A DNA stretch of 63,169 nt, counting the filler, from Octopus bimaculoides (taxonomy: Eukaryota), in the NCBI RefSeq assembly GCF_001194135.2. It is 6 parts of 6 records of this genome, joined end to end, with 100 filler letters (N's around TTAATTAATTAA, not from the genome) between each part and the next. Parts side by side here need not be neighbours in the genome. Positions count along the whole stretch, not along the records: positions 1 to 8,804 come from NC_068982.1; positions 8,905 to 23,518 come from NC_068987.1; 4 more parts are not named here. The stretch is one strand, 5' to 3'. Made by a program: the position numbers and the translations under genes. Positions 1 to 11,649 of the stretch are shown here, in pieces; within the stretch, counting starts at the first letter, position 1; each line of letters starts with the position of its first letter. Under the pieces are notes generated by a model. The model was not told where the DNA came from, did not search any database, and saw nothing but the letters and a program-made list of their open reading frames with translations.

Positions 1-85
1 GTGTGTGTGTGTGTGTGTGTGTGTGTGCATGTGTGTGTGTGTGTGTGCATGTGTGTGTGTGTGTGTGTGTGTGTATTTGTGTGTC
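1..85. repeat. (GT)n microsatellite
   Basis: Direct reading; lies where the internal microsatellite of SINE-A sits. Confidence 0.95.
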
Positions 86-99
86 AGTGCTTGCCACTC

Positions 100-295
100 C
101 CACTATCGCACTATCGCTTGACAACCGATGGCGGTGTTTTTACGTCCCTGTAACATAGCGGTTCAGCCAAAGAGACCGATAGAATAAGTACTAAGCTTAC
201 AAAGAATAAGTCCTGGGATCGAATTGTTCGATTAAATGTGGTGCTCCAGCATGGCCGCAGTCAAATTACTGAAACAAATAAAAGAATAAAAGAAT
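100..295 (+). mobile_element. SINE-A 3' half
   Basis: atcgcttgacaaccgatg...gagaccgatagaataagtact...ctccagcatggccgcagtcaaa...(taaaaga)n tail, matching copies at 1349 and 56478. Confidence 0.85.
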
Positions 296-395
296 ATATA
301 TGTGCGTGTGTGTGTCTGTGTGTGTCTGTGTATCTATACAAATGAATATAGATATATGTGTACGTGTGCATGTCTGTGTACACACACACATAAAC

Positions 396-427
<32 letters not shown>

Positions 428-1070
428 CTGTCTGTATGCATGTATGTATATACATATGTGAGTATGTTTCCTTATTCCCTATAAGATATAGTTACATAGT
501 CAATACACTTTACTTATCACTCTATCACTTTTTCTTCCTGATATTTTCCGATTTCTTCTTCTTCACTCTCTTTCTGTACGTGGAATTTTCTTCAGTAAAT
601 ACTATTCTAAACTTTACTTCTGCAACCCTAACCGTTTATCAGTAACAACATCACCTCTACCGCCTCTATTTATACAGAAGTAATAGTATATCAACTATCG
701 GTCCAGTCTTGTCAGTCCGACTGCTGCCAAAAGTAAAAACGTGCCAGCACCATCCGTCATTACACCTCTTATCAGTCAGTTACCACCATCACTACAGTTT
801 GAATCACCTGATGCCGGCTCCTTCCACCCTGCATACCACTCCCTAGTTCACAACATTTATATTCCCTTTCCTTATTCTAAACTATTCTACAGCTCCCTTA
901 CAGAAAAAGAAAATAATAATAATAGTAATAATAATTTCCCATTTATTATATAAACTCACAATCATACGCACTTACACATATATACTCTGGCGCACGCACA
1001 GACACATATATACACATACTAGCATACACACACACACACACACATGCACAGACACACACACACGCACATA

Positions 1071-1107
<37 letters not shown>

Positions 1108-1348
1108 CAAACATACGAAGACAGGCACGGAGATATATTTTAGTAACTGCGATTGTAGCTATTGTAAATATTGATTTGTCCCTTTTGAGGAATTTATTAA
1201 GGAGTTGAGTCAATAGAATCGATTTCAAATGTTATAGTAGATTGGGCGGGATACGAAATTGGAAGGTAATAGAAGTTTTTCAACTCGTTTCAGAAACTGC
1301 TGCGGCTATTTATTCCCACTTTTCAAACTTTTGAAAATAAAATATTGA

Positions 1349-1539
1349 TAGGCGCAGGAGAGGCTGTGTGGTGAGTAACTTGCTTACCAACCACATGGTT
1401 CCGGGTTCATTCCCACTGCGTGGCATCTTGGGCAAGTGTCTTCTACTATAGCATCGGGCCGACAAAAACCTTGTGAGTGGATTTGTTAGACGGAAACTGA
1501 AAGAAGCCTGTCGTATATATGTATATATANNNNNNNNNN

Positions 1540-1571
<32 letters not shown>

Positions 1572-1787
1572 ATATGGTTGTGTGTCTGTGTTTGTCCCCC
1601 CCAACATCGCTTGACAACCGATAGTGGTGTGTTTACGTCCCCGTAACTTAGTGGTTCGGCAAAAGAGACCGATAGAATAAGTACTAGGCTTACAAAGAAT
1701 AAGTCCTGGGATCGATTTGCTCGACTAAAGGCGGTGCTCCAGCATGGCCGCAGTCAAATAACTGAAACAAGTAAAAGAGTAAAAGAG
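1349..1787 (+). mobile_element. SINE-A full length (tRNA-derived head, internal TA/GT microsatellite, gtaaaaga tail)
   Basis: Head ggcgcaggagaggctgtgtggt (A box), ccgggttcattccc (B box), ccttgggcaag-like motif; collinear with copies at 14967, 49951 and 56478. Confidence 0.9.
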
Positions 1788-2103
1788 AGATTATTTCTCT
1801 TGCTTGAAGCCCAATAATTGTATGGAAAGAGGGGTTTAACTAAACATTTTTTAAATATTATTATTTAGCTTCGAAAGACTTTCAATAAGAAGTTTGGACT
1901 GATACTAAGAAAATTCATTACTTACTGTCAGCATAGTTGTACTGATAGTGAGTGGTAAAAAAAAATACAATATTGTAAACAGCAGAACAGTTAACTTTTA
2001 AAGAGGAAGAAATAATCGAGCTATTACGATATTTTTATTTGAAAAGATAAGAGAACAAAAACGAAAATGGCAATAAAACTAAGATTTAATATATATCATT
2101 ATT

Positions 2104-2755
2104 AAAGCGACGATCTGGTAAAATCGTTACTGCGCCAGGCAAAATGCTTAGCGGCATTTCGTTTTTTTTTTTCTGAGTTCAAATTCCGCCGTGGTCGACT
2201 TTGCCCTTCATCATTTCGGGATCGATAAATTAAGTACCAGTGCAACACTGGGGATCGATGTAATTGACTAGTCCCCTCCTCACCCCTGAAATTTCAGGCC
2301 TTGTGCCTTTAGTAGAAAGTATTAATATTAAAGCGACGATGTGGTAGAATCGTTACTGCACCGGACAAAATGTTTAGCGGCATTTCGTTCGTCTTTTTGT
2401 TCTGAGTTCAAATTCCGTGGAGGTCAACTTTGCTCTTCATTATTTCGGGGTCGCTAAAATAAGTACCAGTTGAACACTGGGTCGACGTAATGGACTCACA
2501 ACCTTCCACGAAATTGCTGGCCTGTCCCAAAGTTTGGAGTCAATACTTATTAAGGAAGCGAGCTAACAGAACTATCAACACGCTGGACAAAATAAGAGGT
2601 ATTTCTTCCAACTTTATGTTCTGGGCTTAAATTCAGCTTTGCCTATCCTTACTTCAGGGTCGATAAAATAAGTACCAGTTCAGTAGTAGGGTCGATGTAG
2701 TCGATTAAACTCCTATCCCAGAATTCCACGCTTTATGCCTATAGTAGAAATAATA
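2104..2755 (+). mobile_element. Three head-to-tail SINE-B copies
   Basis: Three ~215-bp units with gagttcaaattcc-type B box, gtcgataaaataagtacca and gtcgatgtaatcgact motifs; units start near 2104, 2329 and 2551. Confidence 0.85.
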
Positions 2756-2895
2756 AATTTTGTGGACGAGAGGACTTGTTTTCAGTACTCGTTTTTGATT
2801 TCATTGTTGCTGAAAATATCTATCGATGAAACACAACTATAAGAGAAAAATAACGAACTTAACTAACTTCGTTGAACAGTGTATACGCCCTCACA

Positions 2896-3267
2896 GTGGA
2901 GGTGCAATGGCCCAGTGGTTAGGGCAGTGGACTCACGGTCATAGGATCGCGGTTTCGATTCCCAGACCGGGCGTTGTGAATGTTTATTGAGTGAAAACAC
3001 TTAAAGCTCCACGAGGCTCTGGCAGGGGATGGTGGCGAACCCTGCTGTACTCTTTCACCACAACTTTCTCTCACTCTTTCTTCCTGTTGTGCCTGTAATT
3101 CAAAGGGTCAGCCTTGTGTCACGTTGAATATCCCCGAGAACTACGTTAAGAGTACACGTGTCTGTGGAGTGCTCAGCCACTTGCACGTTAATTTCACGAG
3201 CAGGCTGTTCCATTGATCGGATTAACTGGAACCCTCGTCGTCGTAAGCGACGGAGTGCCAACAAAAA
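2896..3267 (+). mobile_element. SINE-C full length with 11-bp TSD
   Basis: A box tggcccagtgg, B box ggtttcgattccc, 3' gtaagcgacggagtgccaac; TSD acgccctcaca at 2885-2895 and 3268-3278. Confidence 0.92.
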
Positions 3268-3787
3268 ACGCCCTCACACCTGGCGTTTATTTACCTTGTT
3301 TTTGTTTTCTGTTACTACACACTCAATATGGTCTGAAGAAGTGGATAGAAGGGAAAAACAGAGCTCGAGCTGCATGACAATCTGATGATGTAGGGAAGCT
3401 ACCCGCTCTTTACAGAAAAAATTTGTGTATGTATATATGCAAGCTGATTTATATGTTAGACGGTATAAACTATTCCCTTGAATTTAAAAAGGATAGAATT
3501 AAACCCAGTCATTTTAAAATCTTTGAGTTTAAAACGTTGACGAACAATGAATTATGAGATATTAGATGAGTTAAGTGAAATCCGTCAGAGAGACTAGTAA
3601 CATCTATTTTGAACAGCAAAAACGAATGGGACTATATTAAATATTATGCAAGATAAATTCTTAATTCACTGCAACTATCACTGCTCCTGAAGAAGATAAA
3701 AGTATTTCTTGGTGCCATTTGGTGCTAACTTTAAATGAAAAGATGAAATAATTTCAAGAATCAAAAACTCCTACAGGTACTTTTTTT

Positions 3788-3943
3788 TCTGAATCCGTAC
3801 GTTCTGGTCTCCAATTTCGCCGAGGTTCGAATTTGCCTTTCATCCTTCTTGGGTCGACAAAATAAATACTAGTTAAGTACTAGAGTCGATGTAATCGACT
3901 ACCCACTACACTACAATTGCTGAACTTGTGCCAAAATTTAAAA
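3788..3943 (+). mobile_element. SINE-B, 5'-truncated
   Basis: gccgaggttcgaatttgccttt...gtcgatgtaatcgact...ttgtgccaaaattt. Confidence 0.75.
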
Positions 3944-5024
3944 CGTGTACGTTCTGTTCCTTTCTTTGAATTGCGTATCTTTTCATCTTGAAATCCTAAA
4001 ATAGAGAAAAAAAAATACATCCGGTAACATTTAGATCGCAAATCTATAATCTCAAGAGTTCGAGAAAGAAAGAAAGAAAGAAAGAAAGAACACGAGTAAG
4101 TCAAATGTATATTACACATATTAAAGCTTGATTTATCTTCCTTCATTAATAACACTACAGTCTATAGACATAAACATAGATATAAAATGATGCACATATA
4201 TAGAGGCAAAACAATACATTAACACGCTTGTACACAAATGGCGTGTGCTTATATTTGCATGATATTAGTGTGAGGCCTGACAAAGTTACTGCTTTTGTAA
4301 TTACATACTTGAATAGTTGAACTAATTAAAATTCCCAGAGAACTTCAAACGCATTCGGTCTCTTGGTTCCACCAAACTGTAAGCAGAGTGCTGTTTTTAT
4401 CATCATTATTATTACTTCTTTTTTTTTTCTATTCTGTGTTTCGAGTTTGCATGTGTATTGTAAGTTGCATTGGAATATTAATATACTTATGACTTAGGGA
4501 AATTATTTTTATTACGGTTTTGTGTCTTCCCAGTTTATATATCAACATTTATGCACCTCCATGATCATGGAGTTGTGTAAATTTTCGACTCGATATGTTT
4601 GACTGGATATATGAGAATACCTTTGTCAGCGTCTTTGAAAGTATTCGAGTAAATAGCTATGCGTAGTATACGCTGATTGCTATCAAACGTACAATTTCGT
4701 TTTGCACCTACATATTCTTATCTGCTGATGGAAAACTGTAACTATAAATGAAAATATGCAATCACTTCGCGCTTCAGTGATTAGAAGGTAACGCGTGTCT
4801 AAGTATGCGCGCATTTTAGTGAAGGCAGGTTACTTTATTATTACAGTTCCTAAGTACAGATTATTTTCAAGATATCTTTCTTCGTATATGTTTGAGTTAG
4901 AGTGAGCGTACTTTATATATTTGTGACAACGTAAGCTTCCAAATCAAAGAACTTTCTCAAATCTGAAGGACGTCAAATATTAAATTTTCTATCACATTAT
5001 GTTATCGTTATTATTCATTGTTAT

Positions 5025-5480
5025 AAGGCAGCGAGCTTGCAGAATTGTTAGCCCGCCGGGTGAAATACTTGGTGATATTTCGTCTGTCTTCACGTTCTGA
5101 GTTCAAATTCCGCCGAGGTCAACTTTGCCTTTCATCCTTTCGGGATCGATAAATTAAGTACCATTCAAGTACTAGGGTCGATGTAATCGATTATCCTTCT
5201 CCCCATAAAAATCTAGGCCTTGTGCCTATAGCAGAAAAGATCATTATTCATTGTTTTCTAAGGCGACGAGCTGGCAGAATCGCTAGCACGTCAGGCGAAA
5301 CGCTTAGTGGTGTTTCGTCTGCCGCTACGTTCTGAGTTCAAATTCTGTCGAGGTCAACTTTGCCTTTCATCCTTTCGGGGTCGACAATTTAAGAACCAGT
5401 GAAGTACTGGGGTCGATGTAATCGACTATCCCCCACCCCACAAATTCCAGGCCTTGCGCCTATAGTAGAAAGGATTATTA
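5025..5480 (+). mobile_element. Two head-to-tail SINE-B copies
   Basis: Units start aaggcagcgagc (5025) and aaggcgacgagc (~5260); target motif attattcattgtt occurs three times around them. Confidence 0.9.
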
Positions 5481-5882
5481 CTCATTGTTTTCGACCTTAG
5501 TAAAGGAAAGTCGACACAGGAATATGAGCTGGGAACTGAGAGGAATGAAACTAAAAACTGTAATGTATTTGTAATCTTAACTTAGGCAGAGCAGCTTAGT
5601 TAAATTACCGTTTAGCAGACAGATAAAAGTATCATATTTGGCAAGAGATCCCTTGGGGCCTATTAAAGAATATAAGCTTAAGAGCCCTCTGATAGTTTTC
5701 AAATAAATATCTATATTTAAAAAACTACTCTGAAAAATTATGAAGTAAAAAATAAAAAGTATTAACGAAATCCATACCATACATGCTCGACATCGGTGAA
5801 AAAACTATTGAGTTTTAGGAGTCTTACAAAACCGATGAAATTGTTCGTATCATCTACTGCAGTTATTTGTATTATTCTTTAC

Positions 5883-6100
5883 ATTTTACTTTCTACTTCT
5901 TTCAGTTACTGGGACAGTCATTCTTTTTAGACGAAGAAATCGACCTCAGTACTTATATTTCTTGAAAATTAGGCATTTATTCTAGCGGTCTTTTATGCCA
6001 AACCATTAAGTTGCGAGAATGTAGGCAAACCAACACTAGTGGTCAAGTCGTGGGGGGACACACACACACAAACACTTAGATAAACACACACACACACGTG
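5883..6100 (-). mobile_element. Diverged SINE-A 3' half
   Basis: Reverse complement of the SINE-A tail (aaatcgacctcagtactta, tattctagcggtctttt, ggtcaagtcgtggggggaca); runs into (TA)n and a gap. Confidence 0.65.
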
Positions 6101-6400
6101 TATATATATATATATATATATATATNNNNNNNNNNNNNNNNNNNNNNNNNNNNNNNNNNNNNNNNNNNNNNNNNNNNNNNNNNNNNNNNNNNNNNNNNNN
6201 NNNNNNNNNNNNNNNNNNNNNNNNNNNNNNNNNNNNNNNNNNNNNNNNNNNNNNNNNNNNNNNNNNNNNNNNNNNNNNNNNNNNNNNNNNNNNNNNNNNN
6301 NNNAGAAAAACACGGAGAAAAAAAATTGAATTGTGTTCAGTCAACGGTCAATCTATTTACACCACCTGTCCTCGTCTGTTGTTATTATTTGTATATTCTC

Positions 6401-6442
<42 letters not shown>

Positions 6443-6518
6443 CCATGGGGCATTGCATTGATGATGTCAATAGATTCAAATGGACGGATTTGGTCAACAA
6501 TATTTTTATCAGATTGAA

Positions 6519-6671
6519 AAGGCGTCCAGCTGGCGAAATCGTTAACACGCCGAGCAAATATCTTCGCGGTATTCCGCCCGTATTTACGTTCAAATTCCGC
6601 CAGCGTCGATTTTGCCTTTTATCCTTTCGGGTTCTAAGTGAAACTTACTGGCCTTGTACCAAAATTTAAAA
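6519..6671 (+). mobile_element. SINE-B with internal deletion
   Basis: Head aaggcgtccagctggcgaaatcgttaacacgcc, ttcaaattccgcc, tail ggccttgtaccaaaattt. Confidence 0.7.
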
Positions 6672-7100
6672 CCTATCTTTTTTTTATCAAATGAGATTAT
6701 TGACGTTGCTGTTATTTGTGTGTGCATAAGTTTTCCGTATATTTGTTGGGATAGTTGTGAAAAGAAATGATGCTTGGACGGTCTTTTAGCATACAGTTTT
6801 GTAGGACGTAGCTCTATTGCAAGGGATCTCAACCATTTTTTTATATATAGACCCATTTTGTTTACGATTTTATTCTGGTGGATCCCCATGGCACATTTTA
6901 TAATGTAGTACTAGTTATATTACATCTAAAAGAAATGAAAGGGGCTCGAAAGATCATAAGATGACCATAAATCTACTCGATCAAAAATGACTAATAGCCA
7001 AGGACAAATCATGAAGGATAACTGAAAGCAAGGGACGGATTAAGATCACAACAGAAAGATTGACTCGATGCAACAGATGAGCTAATGGGAGAGGCTAAAA

Positions 7101-7448
7101 CAGGGATTCTCAACCATCTTTTATCTATAGACCCCTTTGATCGCTATTTTATGCTGGTGGATCCCCTTGGCCATTTGATGTTTAAAATCTAGTTTTATAG
7201 AAACTTCTTTCAAAATGCCTGTTTTGTTTTTCACGTATTAACTTGTGTAGGTTGAGCTATGTAAAATGTTAGAGAAGAGAATATAATTGTTTCTTGCAAT
7301 ACATACCAAGCATACATCTAAAGCAAAATGTTTTCAGGTGTCCTTAAAATACTTTCATGGAACTCCAATTTAACATTTTGTTGCTCGGATCCTCAAAAAT
7401 CTTATATGGACCTTCAGGGGTCATATAGACCCCAGTTGAGAATCTCTG
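7101..7448 (+). mobile_element. hAT (Charlie-like) MITE; truncated second left end at ~6822-6900
   Basis: TIRs CAGGGATTCTCAAC / GTTGAGAATCTCTG (13/14 match); degenerate 8-bp flanks ggctaaaa / atctaaac. Confidence 0.75.
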
Positions 7449-7569
7449 ATCTAAACAAATGCTTGAGTAATAATGCCTGTAGCAGCGAGCAATCTGAGGA
7501 TTGCAATTTACTAAGGTCACAAGCAACATTATGTTTATTATTTTAAGTAATTTTTATTACATTACGTGT

Positions 7570-8200
7570 GTGATTTGTAAGTGAGCTGCGTCTAGTGGGC
7601 GTTGATACTGAGCGTGCAGTTTGTGTCCTTTGTAGTCTAGTGTGGTTTCATGTAGAGATTTTGTACCCCACGGGAATATCATAATCTATGATGAATAATT
7701 GTATATTCACTTAGATTGTAATTTCTTTGAATGGACCAAATGTGGTTTCTTTGAGTTGTTCATGTGCATTCACACATCACTTTGCTTTCTTTACTATGTT
7801 TTTTCTGTATTCTGTAAATGCTCTGTATAATTCTTATGTTCGTCTTCTGTGTTGTGTCATGTTTATGCGGTTGAGTGTGATGTTAGTTGTATTTGATGTT
7901 CTTTGCAGTAGAAAGAAAGAAGATGAGGATTTTGGTAGATGCCACTGCTAGTCTAATTGTTTGGAGCCAGATATCTAAGTGATTGATGTACAGTTGGAGT
8001 AATTGTGCAGCTGATGAATTGCTATATCAGATGTCTGCAAAATGACGAGAGGAAGTAACAGTGAGGTTATCTGCATGACACTGCGTGCATGTTTTAAGAA
8101 TGAATGAGTTGCGGTTGGGTTATAAGTTATTAAGAGTGTGTGAAAAAGGATTCATGTAATGCAAGGTTTAAACTCACTAGTGAACTTTCTCCTGGTAATT
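7570..8200 (-). mobile_element. Highly decayed LINE ORF2 3' remnant (tentative)
   Basis: Stop-riddled HRL*YSRG..Y..P..KDTNCTL..AH*T resembles the QLRSG..Y..C..C..H C-terminal knuckle region of LINE ORF2; a similar remnant may lie at ~19700-19950 (+). Confidence 0.3.
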
Positions 8201-8391
8201 CATTCTGCTATTATCAGTAATCACACTACAGAATACCTCTAAAATAGAAAAGACACTTTTGTATTTATTTTTCACTAAATGCAACATAACACAAATGTAT
8301 GCTCTTTTATAATTGCAATGTTGTAAAGCGTTGTGGACTGGCGCAATCGGTAGTGCAGTGGATACTCTAGCAATGCATTATTAGTTCTCTT

Positions 8392-8605
8392 CAAGGCGGC
8401 GAGCTGGCAGAGTCGTTAGCACGCCGAGCTAAATGCTTCGCAGTATTTCGTCCGTCTTCATGTTCTGAATTCAAATTCCGCCAAGGTCGACTTTGTCTTT
8501 CATCATTCCGGGGTCGATAAAATAAATACCAGTTAAACACTGGGGTCGATGTAATCGACGCATTCCCTAGCCTAAAATTGTTGCCTTTGTGGCAAAATTT
8601 GAAAC
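8392..8605 (+). mobile_element. SINE-B full length with 16-bp TSD
   Basis: TSD cattattagttctctt (8376-8391) / cattattagttccctt (8606-8621), 1 mismatch. Confidence 0.92.
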
Positions 8606-8804
8606 CATTATTAGTTCCCTTTACTTCTGATTTTCAACCCCTCTGAAAACGACTTAAACTTTTGTCTTTCGATAGCTGAATGTCTCCTAAAATTTTTGAT
8701 ATTATACTTCATTTAGAAATCCTCTTTCCATTTTTTGTCATTCCATATTTGCCCTAAGTTCATTTATAGGTATGTGTGTTTATATTAATATATATATATA
8801 TATA

Positions 8805-8904
8805 NNNNNNNNNNNNNNNNNNNNNNNNNNNNNNNNNNNNNNNNNNNNTTAATTAATTAANNNNNNNNNNNNNNNNNNNNNNNNNNNNNNNNNNNNNNNN
8901 NNNN
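8805..8904. other. Artificial 100-bp gap linker (44N-TTAATTAATTAA-44N)
   Basis: Identical construct at 23519-23618, 42446-42545, 52182-52281 and 57397-57496; the palindromic 12-mer gives stops in all six frames. Confidence 0.95.
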
Positions 8905-8948
<44 letters not shown>

Positions 8949-9350
8949 TACGTTAACACTATTAAATAATTATATGTCTCTGTATATGTGTGTACGTATA
9001 CATACACAGGCTGATATTGCGAACAGCTACTACTTTGAATAAACATCTGTTATATGCAATAGTGATAGAATCAAATTAAAATGGCAACCTACGTACTGTA
9101 CTTATTTTATATACATCATTGCAATTTACTCTGGTATTCTTCCAGAGATAACATTTTTTTGTGGACGTGTTTGAATAATCGCAATATCAGTAAATGATTT
9201 TCACCACTTCCCTAAGCCTCGTAGGTGACATACATTCTCTTAACATGTAGCTGGTTGTGAGTAAATGCCATTGAGAAGATCGAATGGGACTAAAATGCAT
9301 CTGGCATTCTCGGTAGACGCTGGTATAGTTTCTTTTCTCTCTCTGTTATA

Positions 9351-9547
9351 CAGGGTGTAGCAGAAGTAACGCCCTTTTTGCATGTAATATTTTTTATGGT
9401 ATATTAATGTTTATTAAGTAATGCTTTTATTGAACACAAATTTATTGCATTACTTAAAAATAATAATAATAAACTAATGGAAACCTCGCAGAAGTTTTAA
9501 GAAATAAAAACTCAAATACAAAAGGGCGTTACTTCTGCCGTACCCTG
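9351..9547 (+). mobile_element. Tc1/mariner MITE, 197 bp, TA TSD
   Basis: Left CAGGGTGTAGCAGAAGTAACGCCCTTTT; right reverse complement CAGGGTACGGCAGAAGTAACGCCCTTTT; TA on both flanks. Confidence 0.9.
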
Positions 9548-10731
9548 TATACTGTTTGAAAGCAAGTCCACACGACAGGTAGAGGCGAAGAACAGTAGAA
9601 GAACAGTAGAGGGAAGAATGATAGGGGGAGATAGAAATAGAGAGAGTCGCGTTAGAAAAATAGTTAAAACTTACTGTATAAAGGTAACGCGTGCGTTCTG
9701 TCGTGATAGAAACAATATATGAGTATATGCATATATATGTACATGTATGTATATACGTTCATCTACATGTACATATAGATACATAACTGGGTACATGACG
9801 TGGCAAAAGAACAAGGACAAAATGGTAAACAAGGTGCAACAAACAAGCAGGCCACATAGAAACATCCCCTTCATCAGCTGCCACCATTNNNNNNNNNNNN
9901 NNNNNNNNNNNNNNNNNNNNNNNNNNNNNNNNNNNNNNNNNNNNNNNNNNNNNNNNNNNNNNNNNNNNNNNNNNNNNNNNNNNNNNNNNNNNNNNNNNNN
10001 NNNNNNNNNNNNNNNNNNNNNNNNNNNNNNNNNNNNNNNNNNNNNNNNNNNNNNNNNNNNNNNNNNNNNNNNNNNNNNNNNNNNNNNNNNNNNNNNNNNN
10101 NNNNNNNNNNNNNNNNNNNNNNNNNNNNNNNNNNNNNNNNNNNNNNNNNNNNNNNNNNNNNNNNNNNNNNNNNNNNNNNNNNNNNNNNNNNNNNNNNNNN
10201 NNNNNNNNNNNNNNNNNNNNNNNNNNNNNNNNNNNNNNNNNNNNNNNNNNNNNNNNNNNNNNNNNNNNNNNNNNNNNNNNNNNNNNNNNNNNNNNNNNNN
10301 NNNNNNNNNNNNNNNNNNNNNNNNNNNNNNNNNNNNNNNNNNNNNNNNNNNNNNNNNNNNNNNNNNNNNNNNNNNNNNNNNNNNNNNNNNNNNNNNNNNN
10401 NNNNNNNNNNNNNNNNNNNNNNNNNNNNNNNNNNNNNNNNNNNNNNNNNNNNNNNNNNNNNNNNNNNNNNNNNNNNNNNNNNNNNNNNNNACAGGAGGGG
10501 CAAAGAAGTACGTGCGAGCTTGGTGATTCCAAGAACGAAAAGAAATAGCAGCCGGACACACGTGACCAAGGCTGTGTGAAGAGAAAGAGTAGCAGAGGGA
10601 AAAGGAGGGGAGGAAGTAGAATAAAAGTGAGCAACGAGAGGTAGAGAGAGAGAGAGAGAGATAGTAGTAGTAACGGTGAGAGGCGAAGGACGAGTAACAA
10701 GAGATAGATAGAGAGAGACAAGTAGTGACAT

Positions 10732-11016
10732 GCGTAGGAGTGGCTTTGTGTTGAGTAGCTTGCTTACCAACCACATGGTTCCAGGTTCAGTCCCACTGCG
10801 TGGCACCTTGGTGTCTGTATTTGTCCCCCACCCCACCCCAACATCGCTTGACAACCGATGCTGGTGTGTTTACGTCCCCGTAACTTAGCGGTTCGGCATA
10901 AGAGACCGATAGAATAAGTACTAGACTTCCAAAGAATAAGTCCTGGGATCGATTTGCTCGACTAGTGGTGGTGCTCCAGCATGGCCACAGTCAAATGACT
11001 GAAACAAGCAAAAGAG
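10732..11016 (+). mobile_element. SINE-A with central deletion
   Basis: Head ...cactgcgtggcaccttgg joined directly to tgtctgtatttgtcccc; middle and internal microsatellite are absent. Confidence 0.88.
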
Positions 11017-11649
11017 TATAGTTTTGGTGAAGCAAACCGGAAAGTAAACATCAGAATAGGAATATTTCCGCGTGCGCGTGTGTGTGTGTTTGTTTGAATT
11101 GCTGTGTTTAGAAACGGGAAAAATATATTCATTTCATAGAGTAAGATTTTATATGTTTTAGTAGTTTCTCGTTTCCGATTGCGCAAACGAGAGACGAAAT
11201 ATATGAACGTGTCAATATATTGTGTTAGAACACACATCTAGGTGTGATTATTTCGCCGTACTTCGAAATTTTATTGGGTGCCAAATAATCCTAGATGACG
11301 TAATATTGTCTGCTATTTTTGTGTAAAGGGATTTGATGAATTCCTCTTTTCCACTCCACGCGCAAAAATAAGAGTGAAAAAGTAAAGCAGTTCTCGTGTG
11401 TGAATTGGGGTGTTAATGAATATGTGAAATGTTCGTTGTATGCGAGCATCGTTCAGGCTATGGCAAATCCATAATGTACAAAATATAATTTGTTAGACTG
11501 TTGTTAGTAAGAAATTACTTAATAAATATTGTGCTAGGGTTCAATTACTTAATAAATATTTGTGCTAGGGTTCAATTCGAATTTTCTACTCATTATACTA
11601 AAAGGATGTAATAAACTGTTATATATCTCCAAAAGGTACGGATCGCTCT

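Noticed and set aside
687-953. Pro/Ser-rich open frame as a possible exon
   Set aside because: Weak acceptor, no donor, runs into low-complexity sequence, and no recognisable homology.
2104-2755. Regularly spaced repeats resembling a CRISPR or satellite array
   Set aside because: Units are whole ~215-bp SINEs with no unique spacers and no cas genes.
2898-2970. tRNA-like heads (also 1351, 55782, 56478)
   Set aside because: They have A/B boxes but continue into SINE bodies with TSDs and tails; not tRNA genes.
4557-4572. 16-bp perfect palindrome ctccatgatcatggag
   Set aside because: About one such palindrome is expected by chance in 63 kb.
8849-8860. Recurring palindrome TTAATTAATTAA (five copies)
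   Set aside because: Always centred in exactly 44N+12+44N; this is an assembly linker, not a biological motif or piggyBac TTAA site.
9850-9885. CTGATGA on the minus strand as a possible hammerhead core (also plus strand 3382)
   Set aside because: No stem II followed by GAAA downstream. The 9800-10700 block may be a repeat, but its centre is a gap.
9671-10854. Long ORFs spanning N-runs (also 25605-26398, 33420-34775, 38556-39394, 54922-55722)
   Set aside because: They are open only because Ns contain no stops.
11513-11573. 30/31-bp tandem duplication
   Set aside because: Two copies only; ordinary slippage, not a CRISPR-like array.
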